Counted from the first letter of the stretch, positions 12,413-21,965 are shown. The stretch is 47,798 nucleotides of DNA from Caldimonas sp. (GCA_035493195.1 DATJIM010000293.1:1-47798); one strand, 5' to 3'. Notes: generated by a model from the letters alone, not told the origin. Translations and numbers: made by a program.

Positions 12413-12943
12413 ATGAACAACGACACCAAGACGTATGGCACGACGACGGGCACCGATGCCAACCGCGATCCGCTGACCGGCGCTCCGGGCTCGCACCCGG
12501 TCGGCACGGCCGCGGGCGCGGTGGCAGGCGGCGCCGCCGGCGCCGCGGTCGGCACGGCCGCAGGGCCGGTCGGCACCGTCGTCGGCGCCGCGGTCGGCGC
12601 CGTCGTCGGCGGCCTGGCGGGCAAGGGCATCGCCGAGCAGATCGACCCGACGGTCGAGGACGCCTACTGGCGCGACAACTTCACGAGCCGTCCGTACGCG
12701 ACTGGGTCGACGTACGACGAATACCGTCCCGCGTATCGCTACGGCTGGGATTCGTACTCGAAGTACCCGGGCCGCCGCTTCGACGAGGTCGAGTCCGACC
12801 TGTCGCGCGACTGGGACCGCACCAAGGGCGAATCGAAGCTGACCTGGGACCGCGCCAAGCTGGCGACCAAGGACGCCTGGAACCGCGTCAGCGACAACGT
12901 CGAGCGCGCCATCCCCGGCGATTCGGACCGCGACGGCAAGTAG
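12413..12943 (+). CDS. Glycine-zipper-containing hypothetical protein (stress-associated type)
   Basis: GAGGAG RBS; NRDPLTGAPGSHPVGT, glycine zipper, EDAYWR...PAYRYGW...W.RAK.A.KDAW. Confidence 0.8.
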   Translation: MNNDTKTYGTTTGTDANRDPLTGAPGSHPVGTAAGAVAGGAAGAAVGTAAGPVGTVVGAAVGAVVGGLAGKGIAEQIDPTVEDAYWRDNFTSRPYATGSTYDEYRPAYRYGWDSYSKYPGRRFDEVESDLSRDWDRTKGESKLTWDRAKLATKDAWNRVSDNVERAIPGDSDRDGK

Positions 12944-12961
12944 GCCGCGCGTCCTTCGACC

Positions 12962-12987
12962 AAAGCGCCCTTCGGGGCGCTTTTTTG
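12962..12987 (+). terminator. Rho-independent terminator
   Basis: AAAGCGCCC-TTCG-GGGCGCTTT stem-loop with T-tract, 18 bp after stop. Confidence 0.88.
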
Positions 12988-13014
12988 CGATGCCCCCGCC
13001 GTCGAAAGTGCAAC

Positions 13015-14349
13015 ATGCGCCCGCGTAAGCGCGGGCCCACCCGGTTCGCCCTGCTGCGCGAACGCTTCGGCACGAAGACCCTCGTCATGGCCGTCCTCGC
13101 CGCGATCGTCGTCACGCTGCTCGTCGCGCTGGTCGTCGTCAACGCCGGCAGCGGCGAGAAGAAGATCCAGCAGCGGATCGAGCACCTCTATGGCGTCGAG
13201 GACCCCGAGTTCCTCCACGTCATGGGCGTGCTGCTCGGGCCGCCGGTCGTCGTCGGCAACCGCTACCAGGTGCTCGTTAACGGCGACCGCATCTTCCCGT
13301 CGATGCTCGCGGCGATCCGCGGTGCGCAGAAGACGATCGACTTCGAGACCTACATCTACTGGTCGGGCGACATCGGCAAGGCGTTCGCCGATGCGCTCGC
13401 CGAGCGCGCGCGCGCAGGCGTCCACGTCCACGTGCTGCTCGACTGGGTCGGCTCGGCGAAGATGGAGGACAACCTGATCGACGAGTTGAAATCGGCCGGG
13501 GTCGAGATCGAGAAGTACCACCCGCCGCACTGGTCGCACCTCGGGCGGCTGAACAACCGGACGCACAGGAAGCTCCTCGTCGTCGATGGCGCCGTCGGCT
13601 TCACCGGCGGCGTCGGGATCGCCGACAAGTGGACCGGCGACGCGCAGGATCCCGACCACTGGCGTGACACGCACTTCCGCATCGAGGGCCCGGTCGTCGC
13701 GCAGATGCAGGGCGTCTTCATGGACAACTGGATCAAGACATCGGGCGCGGTGCTGCCCGGCGCGGAATACTTCCCCGGGCTCGCGCCCATGCAAGGCGGC
13801 GGCCCGGCGCAGGTGTTCAGCAGCTCGCCGACCGGCGGCAGCGCGAGCATGGAGCTGATGTACCTGATGGCGATCACCGCCGCGAAGCGGACGATCCGCC
13901 TCTCGAGCTCGTACTTCGTGCCGAACGAGCTCGCGGTGAAGACGATGGTCGAGGCGATGCGGCGCGGCGTGAAACTGCAGATCATCGTTCCCGGCGCGCA
14001 CACCGACACCGAGACCGTGCGCAGCGCGTCGAAGGCGCGCTGGGGCGATCTGCTGGCGGCCGGCGCCGAGATCTACGAGTACCAGCCGACGATGTACCAC
14101 TGCAAGGTGATGATCGTCGACGAGTTCATGGTCTCGAGCGGGTCGACCAACTTCGACGACCGATCGTTCCGCCTCAACGACGAGGCCAATCTCAACATCT
14201 ACGACCGCGCGTTCGCCGCCGAGCAGGTCGCGATCTTCGACGCCGACCTGGCGAAGTCCCGGCGCATCGATCTCGCGACCTGGCAGGCGCGGCCGCTGCG
14301 CGAAAAGCTCGTCGAACACCTCGCGTCGCTGCTCGGATCGCAACTCTGA
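13015..14349 (+). CDS. cls: Cardiolipin synthase / phospholipase D family
   Basis: Two HKD motifs (HRKLLVVDG, HCKVMIVD), WRDTH, GSTNFD.RS..LNDE; N-terminal TM. Confidence 0.9.
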   Translation: MRPRKRGPTRFALLRERFGTKTLVMAVLAAIVVTLLVALVVVNAGSGEKKIQQRIEHLYGVEDPEFLHVMGVLLGPPVVVGNRYQVLVNGDRIFPSMLAAIRGAQKTIDFETYIYWSGDIGKAFADALAERARAGVHVHVLLDWVGSAKMEDNLIDELKSAGVEIEKYHPPHWSHLGRLNNRTHRKLLVVDGAVGFTGGVGIADKWTGDAQDPDHWRDTHFRIEGPVVAQMQGVFMDNWIKTSGAVLPGAEYFPGLAPMQGGGPAQVFSSSPTGGSASMELMYLMAITAAKRTIRLSSSYFVPNELAVKTMVEAMRRGVKLQIIVPGAHTDTETVRSASKARWGDLLAAGAEIYEYQPTMYHCKVMIVDEFMVSSGSTNFDDRSFRLNDEANLNIYDRAFAAEQVAIFDADLAKSRRIDLATWQARPLREKLVEHLASLLGSQL

Positions 14350-14391
14350 GCGACCGCGACGAGGCCACCGCGTCGGCCGACAATCGGCGCC

Positions 14392-15120
14392 GTGCGGCCC
14401 GCACCGAACCGCTTTCCGCCGACGTCGCCGCGCCTCCCCGACCGCGTCGCTGCGCTGCGCGGTCGGGCCGGCGCGCTCGCCTGGCTGTACGCGCTCGTCG
14501 CCGTCCCGCTCGTCACCGACTGGATCGAGAACGGCGGCCTGCCGACGTCGCCGCGCGGTTGGCTCACCGAGGTCTGCGGCGGTCTCGTGATCGCGGTGCT
14601 GATCGCGCGCGTGCGCCGCGATCAGCGAGCGCTCGAGGCGCTCGCACGCACGGACGGGCTCACCGGGCTCTTCAACCGGCGCGCCTTCGAAGCGGCGCTC
14701 GAGGTCGAGTGCGCACGTGCGCGCCGCTCGGGCGACCCGCTCAGCGTCGTCTATCTCGACATCGACGCGTTCAAGGGCATCAACGACCGCTTCGGCCACG
14801 CCGCCGGCGACCAGGTGCTGCGCCAGCTCGCCGTCGCGATCGGCGCGACGATCCGCGCCCATGTCGACAGCGCGTTCAGGCTCGGCGGCGACGAGTTCGC
14901 GCTGCTGCTGCCGGCGAGCACGCGCGCGCAGGCGGGGGCGGTCGTCGAGCGGATCCGCTCGTTCTGCGCCGTCCACGATCCGCGCTGGGCGGTCGGTGCG
15001 TTCGAGTTCAGCGCCGGCATCGTCTGTCTCGCGGCCGGCGAGAACGCGCAGGCGCTGCTGACGCGAAGCGACCGTGCGATGTACGACGACAAGACGGCGC
15101 GGCACGCCGCCAACGGCTAG
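14392..15120 (+). CDS. Membrane-anchored diguanylate cyclase
   Basis: Two TM segments, DGLTGLFNRR, DIDAFKGINDRFGH..GD, RLGGDEF. Confidence 0.9.
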   Translation: MRPAPNRFPPTSPRLPDRVAALRGRAGALAWLYALVAVPLVTDWIENGGLPTSPRGWLTEVCGGLVIAVLIARVRRDQRALEALARTDGLTGLFNRRAFEAALEVECARARRSGDPLSVVYLDIDAFKGINDRFGHAAGDQVLRQLAVAIGATIRAHVDSAFRLGGDEFALLLPASTRAQAGAVVERIRSFCAVHDPRWAVGAFEFSAGIVCLAAGENAQALLTRSDRAMYDDKTARHAANG

Positions 15121-15134
15121 CGATCAGCGGATCT

Positions 15135-15581
15135 CTAGGCAGCGGCGATCTCGACGTCGTCGAAGGCGAGCTCGATCGTTTCCATCAAGACCGAGCCGTC
15201 GAGGGCATCGAGCGGCGAGTACGCGAGGCTCACGGGCCGGGCATTGCGAAGCCGCCAGGTCATCCGCACCGTCGCGTGGTCGTCGGCGAGAAGCTTGACG
15301 GTCACCGTTCGCCGCGGCGGTGCGCGACCGTCGCGCGCCTGCCGCCACCAGGCGTAGAGGTCGAGCGCACCGGTGGCGCCGCGGCGCAGCAGGACGCGAT
15401 CGGCGAGGGGCGCTGTTGGCGTCGCGCCGACCGACGGCAGCGCAGCACCCGGCTTCGCGGTGAAGGCACCGAAGACCACCGCGGCGAAGCCGCCCGCCTT
15501 GCCGGCGCCGATCTCGACGACGAAGTTCGCGTTCAGCAGCGGGCGCTCGCGCGCTGCCGCCGCCTTCTTCGCCGCGGCCAT
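15135..15581 (-). CDS. Divergent phage-tail tube-like protein (T4 gp19/Afp1-Afp5 family)
   Basis: Colinear with neighbour: NFVVEI, GF..V, LRRG..G..DLYAW, RTVTV.L...D, TW.L..A.P, E.IELAFD. Confidence 0.72.
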   Translation of the reverse strand: MAAAKKAAAARERPLLNANFVVEIGAGKAGGFAAVVFGAFTAKPGAALPSVGATPTAPLADRVLLRRGATGALDLYAWWRQARDGRAPPRRTVTVKLLADDHATVRMTWRLRNARPVSLAYSPLDALDGSVLMETIELAFDDVEIAAA

Positions 15582-16034
15582 CTATTCGAGCTCGAGCCGC
15601 TCGTAGGCGAGCACGATCTCCTCCATCGCGACGTCGTTGCCGCGGCCGTTGAGCGGGCCGCTCGAATACTTGACGATGCGCGCGCGCAGCAGCTTCCACG
15701 TCTGCACGACCTGGCTGTGGTCCTCGCTCTGCAGCTGGATCGTCACGGTGCGCAGCGCGTTCTGGTTGCCGTTGCGAATGTCGTTCAGCCAGCTGTAGAG
15801 GTCGAGCGCGCCGATCACCCCGCGCTTCATCGTGACGTCGGTCGCCTTGTTGAGCCCGGTGATCTTGATCGGGCTGTTCTCCTTGGAGTTGCCGTTGCGG
15901 TACTCGACGACCGCGACCTCGGTCGAGATCGCGCTCACGTCCTGAAATCCCGCTTGCGGGCCCTCCGTCGTTCCGCTCCCGAGGTCGACGAGGAAGTTGA
16001 ACTGCGTGTACGGGCGTTCGCGCGCGACGGCCAT
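15582..16034 (-). CDS. Phage-tail tube protein (T4 gp19-like, contractile injection system Afp1/Afp5 type)
   Basis: PY.QFNFLV, GFQ.VS, VEYRNGN, KITGL....DVT.KRG, W.L..A...K.S.G.LN..GNDVA.EE..L.YE; GAAGGGAG RBS. Confidence 0.9.
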   Translation of the reverse strand: MAVARERPYTQFNFLVDLGSGTTEGPQAGFQDVSAISTEVAVVEYRNGNSKENSPIKITGLNKATDVTMKRGVIGALDLYSWLNDIRNGNQNALRTVTIQLQSEDHSQVVQTWKLLRARIVKYSSGPLNGRGNDVAMEEIVLAYERLELE

Positions 16035-16096
16035 CTCGCTCTCCCTTCGAGTGGTGGCGGCGCATTCTCGCCGCATCGCCGCGGTCGGCGCCAGCG

Positions 16097-17293
16097 CTAC
16101 CGCACGAGGCAGCGCTCGGCGGTCCAGCCGTAGAGCCATTCGAGCGCGTCGTAGAAGCGCTCGGGCGAACGGCCGCTCCAGAGGTCGTTGCGGACCAGGC
16201 GCTCGACGCCGTGGGCGTGGTAGACGCGTCCCATCTCGCGCGTCATGAGGACGACGCGCGCGGTGCGCGCAACGCGCGAGCGCTGGTAGAGCGCGAAGCC
16301 GGCGTCGAGGTCGTCCTCGCACGCGGCGAGCGCGCGGCCGAGCGTCACCGCGTCTTCGATCGCCATGCACGCGCCCTGCGCGAGGTACTGCAGCAGCGGA
16401 TGCGCAGCGTCGCCGAGCAGCGTCGTGCGGCCGTGCGTCCAGTCGGCGATCGGCGCGCGGTCGGCGGTCGCCCAGCGCTTCCAGCTCTTCGGCAGGTGCA
16501 GCAGCCGGCGCGGCTGCGGCGCGATGCCTTCGAAGTACGACAGTACTTCGGCTTGGCTCCCTTCGCTGACGCTCCACGTCTCGACCTCGCGGCTGTGGAA
16601 CGTGACGACGACGTTGTACTGCTCGCCGCCGCGCAGCGGATAGTGGACGAGGTGGCAGTTCGGCCCGGCCCAGACCGCCGCCGCGTTCCACCGCAGCTCG
16701 GCCGGGAAGTCGGCGACGTCGACGACGGCACGGTAGACGACGTGCCCGGAGACGCGGACGTCGTCGCCGACGGTCTGCGCGCGCACCGCCGACTTGACGC
16801 CGTCGCAGCCGACCAGGGCGGCGCCGGCGTGGCGCGCGCCGCTCGCGTCGCAGACGACGACGCCGTCCGCGGTCGCCTCGAAGCCGACGACGCGCGTCGA
16901 CGTCAGCAGCTCGACACCGTCTTGCCCTCGGACCCCTTCGAGGAGCGCGCGATGGACGTCGGCGCGGTGGATGACGGCGTAGGGATTGCCGAAGCGGGCA
17001 CGGAATGCCTCGCCGGTCGGCACCTCGGCGACGATCGATTCGTCGATCGCGTCCATCATCACGAGACGATCGATGTAGACCGCGCGGCCGCGCGCCCGCT
17101 CGCCGACGCCGAGCGCATCGAACGCGGCGAACGCGTTCGGCCCGAGCTGGACGCCGGCGCCGATCTCGCCCAGCTCGCTCGACTGCTCGAGGACCTTGAC
17201 GCGAAAGCCGCGCTGCGCGAGGGCGAGCGCGGCGGCGAGACCGCCGATGCCGCCGCCGGCGACGATGACCGGCGCCGCGGCGCGCGCCGTCAC
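16097..17293 (-). CDS. 3-hydroxybenzoate 6-monooxygenase (FAD-dependent)
   Basis: GGGIGG, EIGAGVQLGPNA, FGNPYAVIHRAD, DGVKS, LGDAAHP..QYLAQGACMA.ED; coupled to gtdA. Confidence 0.88.
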   Translation of the reverse strand: MTARAAAPVIVAGGGIGGLAAALALAQRGFRVKVLEQSSELGEIGAGVQLGPNAFAAFDALGVGERARGRAVYIDRLVMMDAIDESIVAEVPTGEAFRARFGNPYAVIHRADVHRALLEGVRGQDGVELLTSTRVVGFEATADGVVVCDASGARHAGAALVGCDGVKSAVRAQTVGDDVRVSGHVVYRAVVDVADFPAELRWNAAAVWAGPNCHLVHYPLRGGEQYNVVVTFHSREVETWSVSEGSQAEVLSYFEGIAPQPRRLLHLPKSWKRWATADRAPIADWTHGRTTLLGDAAHPLLQYLAQGACMAIEDAVTLGRALAACEDDLDAGFALYQRSRVARTARVVLMTREMGRVYHAHGVERLVRNDLWSGRSPERFYDALEWLYGWTAERCLVR

Positions 17294-18354
17294 TCCATCC
17301 GCTCCTCTCGCCAGAGACCGAGCACTTCCTGCACCGGTCGGTCAGAGAAGCTGAAGAGCGTCGTGTCGTCGCGCGCCGCGAGCGTGAACGCGCGCCACGA
17401 CGGCACGACGAAGACGTCGCGTGGCGCGAAGTCGTACGTCGCCTCGGCCGCGTCGCCGCCGGCGTCGACGGTCACACGGCCGCCGCCTTCGAGACAGACA
17501 TAGACGGTGCTGTCGCTGCTGCGCATCGGCCGCGTCGCGAAGCCCTTCGGCAGGCGTTGGGCGAAGGGGCCGATCGTCGGCATCGGCGAGCGGCCGGTCG
17601 CCGGATTGACGTAGCGCAGCTTGAAGCCGACGTGCGGATCGGCGTCGCCGCGGGCAATGCCGGCGAGCGCCTCGCGCGTGCGCGCGAACGGATAGACGAA
17701 GACGCGCGACGGCTCCCACGCGCGCGGCGCGTGGTCGAGCGGCAGCATGTTGTAGCCGTAGCGAAAGAGCGCGTCGCCTTCGGGCCGCGTTGCGTTGCGC
17801 GATGCGACCGCGCTCTTCTCGGCGAAGCCGGCGTCGAGGAAGCGCACGAGCGGGATGTCGAGGCCGTCGAGCCAGACGACCGGATCTCGCCCCGCGTTGC
17901 CGTGGTCGTGGTACGTCCACGACGGGGTGATGATGAAGTCGCCGAAGCGCATGGTCGTGCGCTCGCCGTCGACCGCGGTGTACGCGCCTTCGCCGTCGAG
18001 AACGAGGCGAAGCGCCGACTGGGTGTGGCGATGCGCCGGCGCGACCTCGCCGGGCAGGATCAACTGCAGCCCGGCGTAGAGCGATTGCGTGATCGACGAG
18101 CGGCCGCGCAGCGCCGGGTTCTCGAGGACGAGGACACGGCGCTCCGCCTCCTCGGCGGTGATCAGCGTGCCGGCCGCCATCACGTGCGGCCGGATCGCGT
18201 CGTAGCGGAAGTGGGCCGGCGCGACCGGGCTCTTCGGCGCCGGCGGAACGAGCGCGCCGAGCACCTCCCACAACGGCGTCATGCCGAGCGCGTCGATCGT
18301 TTCGTAGAAGGCGCGGCGCTGCGCGGTCTGCGCTGCGCCCGGATGACGGTCCAT
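17290..18354 (-). CDS. gtdA: Gentisate 1,2-dioxygenase
   Basis: AERRVLVLENP, LYAGLQLILPGEVAPAHRH, TPSWTYHDH, WLDGLDIP, FSFSDRPVQ..LG. Confidence 0.92.
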   Translation of the reverse strand: MDRHPGAAQTAQRRAFYETIDALGMTPLWEVLGALVPPAPKSPVAPAHFRYDAIRPHVMAAGTLITAEEAERRVLVLENPALRGRSSITQSLYAGLQLILPGEVAPAHRHTQSALRLVLDGEGAYTAVDGERTTMRFGDFIITPSWTYHDHGNAGRDPVVWLDGLDIPLVRFLDAGFAEKSAVASRNATRPEGDALFRYGYNMLPLDHAPRAWEPSRVFVYPFARTREALAGIARGDADPHVGFKLRYVNPATGRSPMPTIGPFAQRLPKGFATRPMRSSDSTVYVCLEGGGRVTVDAGGDAAEATYDFAPRDVFVVPSWRAFTLAARDDTTLFSFSDRPVQEVLGLWREERME

Positions 18355-18481
18355 CGGTCGATTGTGCGCCACGGTGCAAGCACCGCTGTCGGCGCGCCGG
18401 CCGAAGCGCTACAAGTCGGGACCGCTCCGAAAGCCCTGCCATGAGCCAGATCGAGCACCCGCGCCTGACGCTGCGCTGACC

Positions 18482-18841
18482 ATGCGACTCGCCGCCGACA
18501 TCGCCGTCGCGCTCGTCGCGCTGCTGCACGTGTACTTCCTCGTCCTCGAGATGTTCCTCTGGGACAAGCCGACCGGCCTCAGGACGTTCGGCCACACCGC
18601 CGAGCACGCCGCGGCGTCGAAGGTGCTCGCTGCCAACCAGGGTCTCTACAACGGATTCCTCGCCGCCGGCCTCGTCTGGGGGCTGTCGATGGGCGTCGCC
18701 GGCACGGGCGTGACGATCTTCTTCCTCGCCTGCGTGATCATCGCCGGCGTCTACGGCGCCGCGACCGCGTCGCGCAAGATCCTGTTCGTGCAGGCGTTGC
18801 CGGGAACGATCGCGCTCGCGCTCGTGCTGGCGACGCGCTGA
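18482..18841 (+). CDS. DUF1304 family membrane protein
   Basis: HVYFLVLEMFLW, ANQGLYNGFLAAG, VQALP. Confidence 0.9.
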   Translation: MRLAADIAVALVALLHVYFLVLEMFLWDKPTGLRTFGHTAEHAAASKVLAANQGLYNGFLAAGLVWGLSMGVAGTGVTIFFLACVIIAGVYGAATASRKILFVQALPGTIALALVLATR

Positions 18842-18854
18842 TCGCGCTGCCGCG

Positions 18855-19247
18855 TCAGAGCGAGCGGATCACTCCGGCAGCAAAGCCGCGCGCGGTCTGC
18901 AGCGCCGGTGCAGGCGTTGGAGCGCGCGCGTCCTCGACCGCGACGGCCACCGGCCCGCGCTCGCCACCGAGCCCGAGCATCGCGGCGACAAGCCACGTCG
19001 AGCCAGCGAAGAGGGCGATCGAGAGCACCGCGAGGGCGAGGAAGACGGCGCCGCCCATGAACGATGGCGCGAGCGTCGCGAAGCCGATCCCGGAGACGAA
19101 CGCCGCGCTCGCCGCGCCGCTGCGCAATCCGCCACCGAACGAACCGTTGATCGCGACCGCGTACGCGCTGACGGCTGCAAACAGAAGCGCGAGCTGGACG
19201 AAGCCCATGTCGACGAGCGTGGAGGCGAGGGCTTCGAGCATCGACAT
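18855..19247 (-). CDS. Hypothetical membrane protein
   Basis: Hydrophobic ORF with about 3 TM segments filling the gap; start uncertain. Confidence 0.6.
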   Translation of the reverse strand: MSMLEALASTLVDMGFVQLALLFAAVSAYAVAINGSFGGGLRSGAASAAFVSGIGFATLAPSFMGGAVFLALAVLSIALFAGSTWLVAAMLGLGGERGPVAVAVEDARAPTPAPALQTARGFAAGVIRSL

Positions 19248-19385
19248 GGTGCGTCCTAGGCTTTGCGCCATTGGACAGGCAACGCGCGTGCGCAGGAATC
19301 GGTGCGCCTCCGTGTTCCGTGTAGGACGCGTTCGTACTCCCGACGAACGGTGGCTGCAGCCGATGAACGGCGCGCCCGGTCGGCG

Positions 19386-21785
19386 TCAGAACTCGATCCG
19401 GCCGCGGCCGCAGCGCTTCGCGCGGTAGAGCGCGGCGTCGGCGATCTCGACCAGCGCCGAGCAGTCGACCGCCGGGCTCGCGACCTGGCTCGCGACGCCG
19501 ATGCTGACGCCGAGCCACGCCGACGTCGTCGACGCGCGGTGCTCGATCTTGGCGTCGATCACCTGTTGCCGGCAGCGCTCGGCGACCGCGACCGCCGCCG
19601 CGAGGTCGGCGCCGGGCAGCAGCAGCGCGAACTCCTCGCCGCCGTAGCGCGCGACGAGCTCGCCACCGCGTCGCACCGACTCGCCGACCATCGTCGCGAT
19701 CTGCCGCAGCACGGCGTCGCCGGCGGGATGGCCGTAGTGGTCGTTGTATTCCTTGAAGTGGTCGACGTCGATCATCAGGAGGCCGATCGACGCGCCGCGC
19801 CGCGCCGCGCGCGCCCACTCCGCGCGCAACGTCTGGTCGAACAGTCGCCGGTTGCCGACCTCGGTCAGCGGGTCGGTCGTCGACAGCCGCGTCAGCTCCT
19901 CGTTGAGCCGGTGCAGCTCGAGCGCGTTGGTCTTCTTCTCGGTGATGTCCTGGAACGCGCCGAGCAGGCGAACCGGCTTGCCCTCGTCGCAGACCGCGAC
20001 GCCTTGCGCGCGCAGCCAGCGCGCGTTGCCCTTCGCGGTGACGAACGGCAGCTCGAGGTCCCACGGTTCGCCTTCGCGTGCCGCCGCCTCGATCGCCGCC
20101 TGCAGCGCCGGCCGACCCGTCGCGCCGTAGAACTGCATCGTCTCCTCGAGGCGCGGCGTCGCGCCGGGCGGCAGCTCATGGATGCGAAAGACCTGCTCGC
20201 TCCATTCGACCTGCATCGTCGTCAGGTCGAGCTCCCAGCCGCCGATGTTGGCGAGCTCGCCGGTGCGGCGCAGCATCTCGGCGGTGCGCTGGACTTCGGC
20301 CTCGGTTCGGATCCGCCGCGTCAGGTCCATGTGCGTGCCCGCCATCCGCACCGGCGTGTCGTCGCTCTCGCGCTCGACGACCTTGCCGCGGCTCAGCAGC
20401 CAGACCCAGTGACCGTCCTTGTGGCGGACACGGAACTCGCATTCGTACGCCGGCGTTTCGCGCCGGAAATGCGCTTCGATCGCCGAGATCAGCCGTTCGG
20501 CGTCGTCGCGGTGGACGAGCCTGCGCCAGGCGTCGCCGCTGTCGCCGATCTCGCCCGGCGCGTAGCCGAGCTGGCCGCGCATGACCTCGTTCGACGTGAA
20601 GCGGTCGTTGCGGACGTCCCAGTCCCAGAGGCCGAGCTCGGCGCCTTCGAGTGCGAGCTGGAGCTGCTCGGCGTTCTTCCTGCGCTCGCGCTCGGCGCTC
20701 GCCTCGAGCAGCGCGTACGACTTGCGCCGCCACTGGCCCCGGTAAAGGCCGAACGCTGCGCCGGCGCTCAGGACCGCGAAGAACGTCAGGTACGCGAACG
20801 CCTGCTGACGCCAGAGCGCGAAGACCTCGGCGCTCGAGCGGCTGACCGCGATGACCAGCGGATGGTCCATGTGCAGCGGCGGCGGTGCGATGCGGCCGAG
20901 CGCGGTGATCCGCACTTCGCCGGACCCGTCGATCGGAGCGACCACGATGCGGCCGTCGTCGCCGGCCTGCTCGCGTCCGAACGCTGCGATCAGCGGCTGG
21001 GAGTCGCCCGCGATGCGGCGCGCGTCCTCCGGCATCGTCACGAACACCTTGCCCTTGCCGTGACCGAGCGAGACCCACATGTCGGGCGCGTACAGGATCG
21101 AGCGCAGCAGGACGCGGAAGTACTCGGGCTCGAGCGCGGCCGCGACGGCGCCGATGAAGACTCCGCTCTGCGAATGGATCGGGCGGACAAAGATCACCGT
21201 GTAGTTGTCGAGCGGCGTTTTCAACGGCGCAGCGACGTGCAGCGCGTCGGGATTGCCGTCGCGCGCGGCACGGAAGTAGTCGCGGTCGGCGAAGTCGCGC
21301 CCGAGCAGCGAATCGACGCTGCTCGCGACGACGGTGCCTTCGCGGTCGAGCAGCGCCATCGAGCGAACCCCGGGGATCGCGTCGCTCAGCGCCTTCATGC
21401 GCTGCGACAGCACGGTCGGGACGATGCCGACCGGGGTCGCTCGGTAGTCGTCGCGGACCGTCGCGAGCGCGTGGCTCATGCCTTCGATCTGCTGGCCGAC
21501 GTTCGCCTCGACGACGTGCGCCTGCACCTGCAGGCGGTCGCGCTCGGTCGCGTCGCGCGCTTCGTGCGCCTTCAGCAGCGACCAGGCGATCAGCGCGCCG
21601 ACGATGGCGAGGCCGAACAGGAGCGCGAGCCACTCGGCGGCGAACTGGCGCGAGAAGCGCGCCTCGAGGTCGTCTTCGACGGCCGGCGTCGCCGCGGCGC
21701 GGCGGCGTACGACCGGCGAGGAGGACACCTCGACCAGCGGCAGCTCGCCGCCGGCGAGCGCTGCGAATCCGGATTCGCCAGCCAC
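19386..21785 (-). CDS. Diguanylate cyclase with Cache-like periplasmic sensor and two PAS/PAC domains
   Basis: TM-DFADRDYF-TM, GLWDWD...VHRDD...EFRVRHKDGHWVW, GGWELD, DPLT...NRR, DVDHFKEYNDHYGH, RYGGEEF; start uncertain. Confidence 0.92.
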   Translation of the reverse strand: MAGESGFAALAGGELPLVEVSSSPVVRRRAAATPAVEDDLEARFSRQFAAEWLALLFGLAIVGALIAWSLLKAHEARDATERDRLQVQAHVVEANVGQQIEGMSHALATVRDDYRATPVGIVPTVLSQRMKALSDAIPGVRSMALLDREGTVVASSVDSLLGRDFADRDYFRAARDGNPDALHVAAPLKTPLDNYTVIFVRPIHSQSGVFIGAVAAALEPEYFRVLLRSILYAPDMWVSLGHGKGKVFVTMPEDARRIAGDSQPLIAAFGREQAGDDGRIVVAPIDGSGEVRITALGRIAPPPLHMDHPLVIAVSRSSAEVFALWRQQAFAYLTFFAVLSAGAAFGLYRGQWRRKSYALLEASAERERRKNAEQLQLALEGAELGLWDWDVRNDRFTSNEVMRGQLGYAPGEIGDSGDAWRRLVHRDDAERLISAIEAHFRRETPAYECEFRVRHKDGHWVWLLSRGKVVERESDDTPVRMAGTHMDLTRRIRTEAEVQRTAEMLRRTGELANIGGWELDLTTMQVEWSEQVFRIHELPPGATPRLEETMQFYGATGRPALQAAIEAAAREGEPWDLELPFVTAKGNARWLRAQGVAVCDEGKPVRLLGAFQDITEKKTNALELHRLNEELTRLSTTDPLTEVGNRRLFDQTLRAEWARAARRGASIGLLMIDVDHFKEYNDHYGHPAGDAVLRQIATMVGESVRRGGELVARYGGEEFALLLPGADLAAAVAVAERCRQQVIDAKIEHRASTTSAWLGVSIGVASQVASPAVDCSALVEIADAALYRAKRCGRGRIEF

Positions 21786-21916
21786 GTCAGCGGGCCGGAG
21801 CCAGGCGGCGCGGCTGCGCCGCTCTCGAAGTCGAGCCCATGCGTAGCTATCGGCACGAAGGCGGCGGCCTGAAGCGGCGACCGCTGCCGCGCCGTGGCCG
21901 ATTGGGCTTCCCGACG

Positions 21917-21932
21917 CTGGATGGATTTACAG
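21917..21932. promoter_or_regulatory. LexA (SOS) box
   Basis: CTGGATGGATTTACAG = CTG-N10-CAG with AT-rich core in a GC-rich background, overlapping TACAGT -10-like hexamer, 33 bp before helicase ATG. Confidence 0.75.
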
Positions 21933-21965
21933 TCCGGCACCGCCACCGCGAGCGTGCTCCGCCCG

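Noticed and set aside
12500-12630. GGCGCCGCGGTCGGC-like tandem repeats
   Set aside because: Explained by the glycine-zipper coding sequence
15135-16034. Prophage call from the tail genes
   Set aside because: No integrase, capsid, terminase, portal or lysis genes; flanks are ordinary host genes
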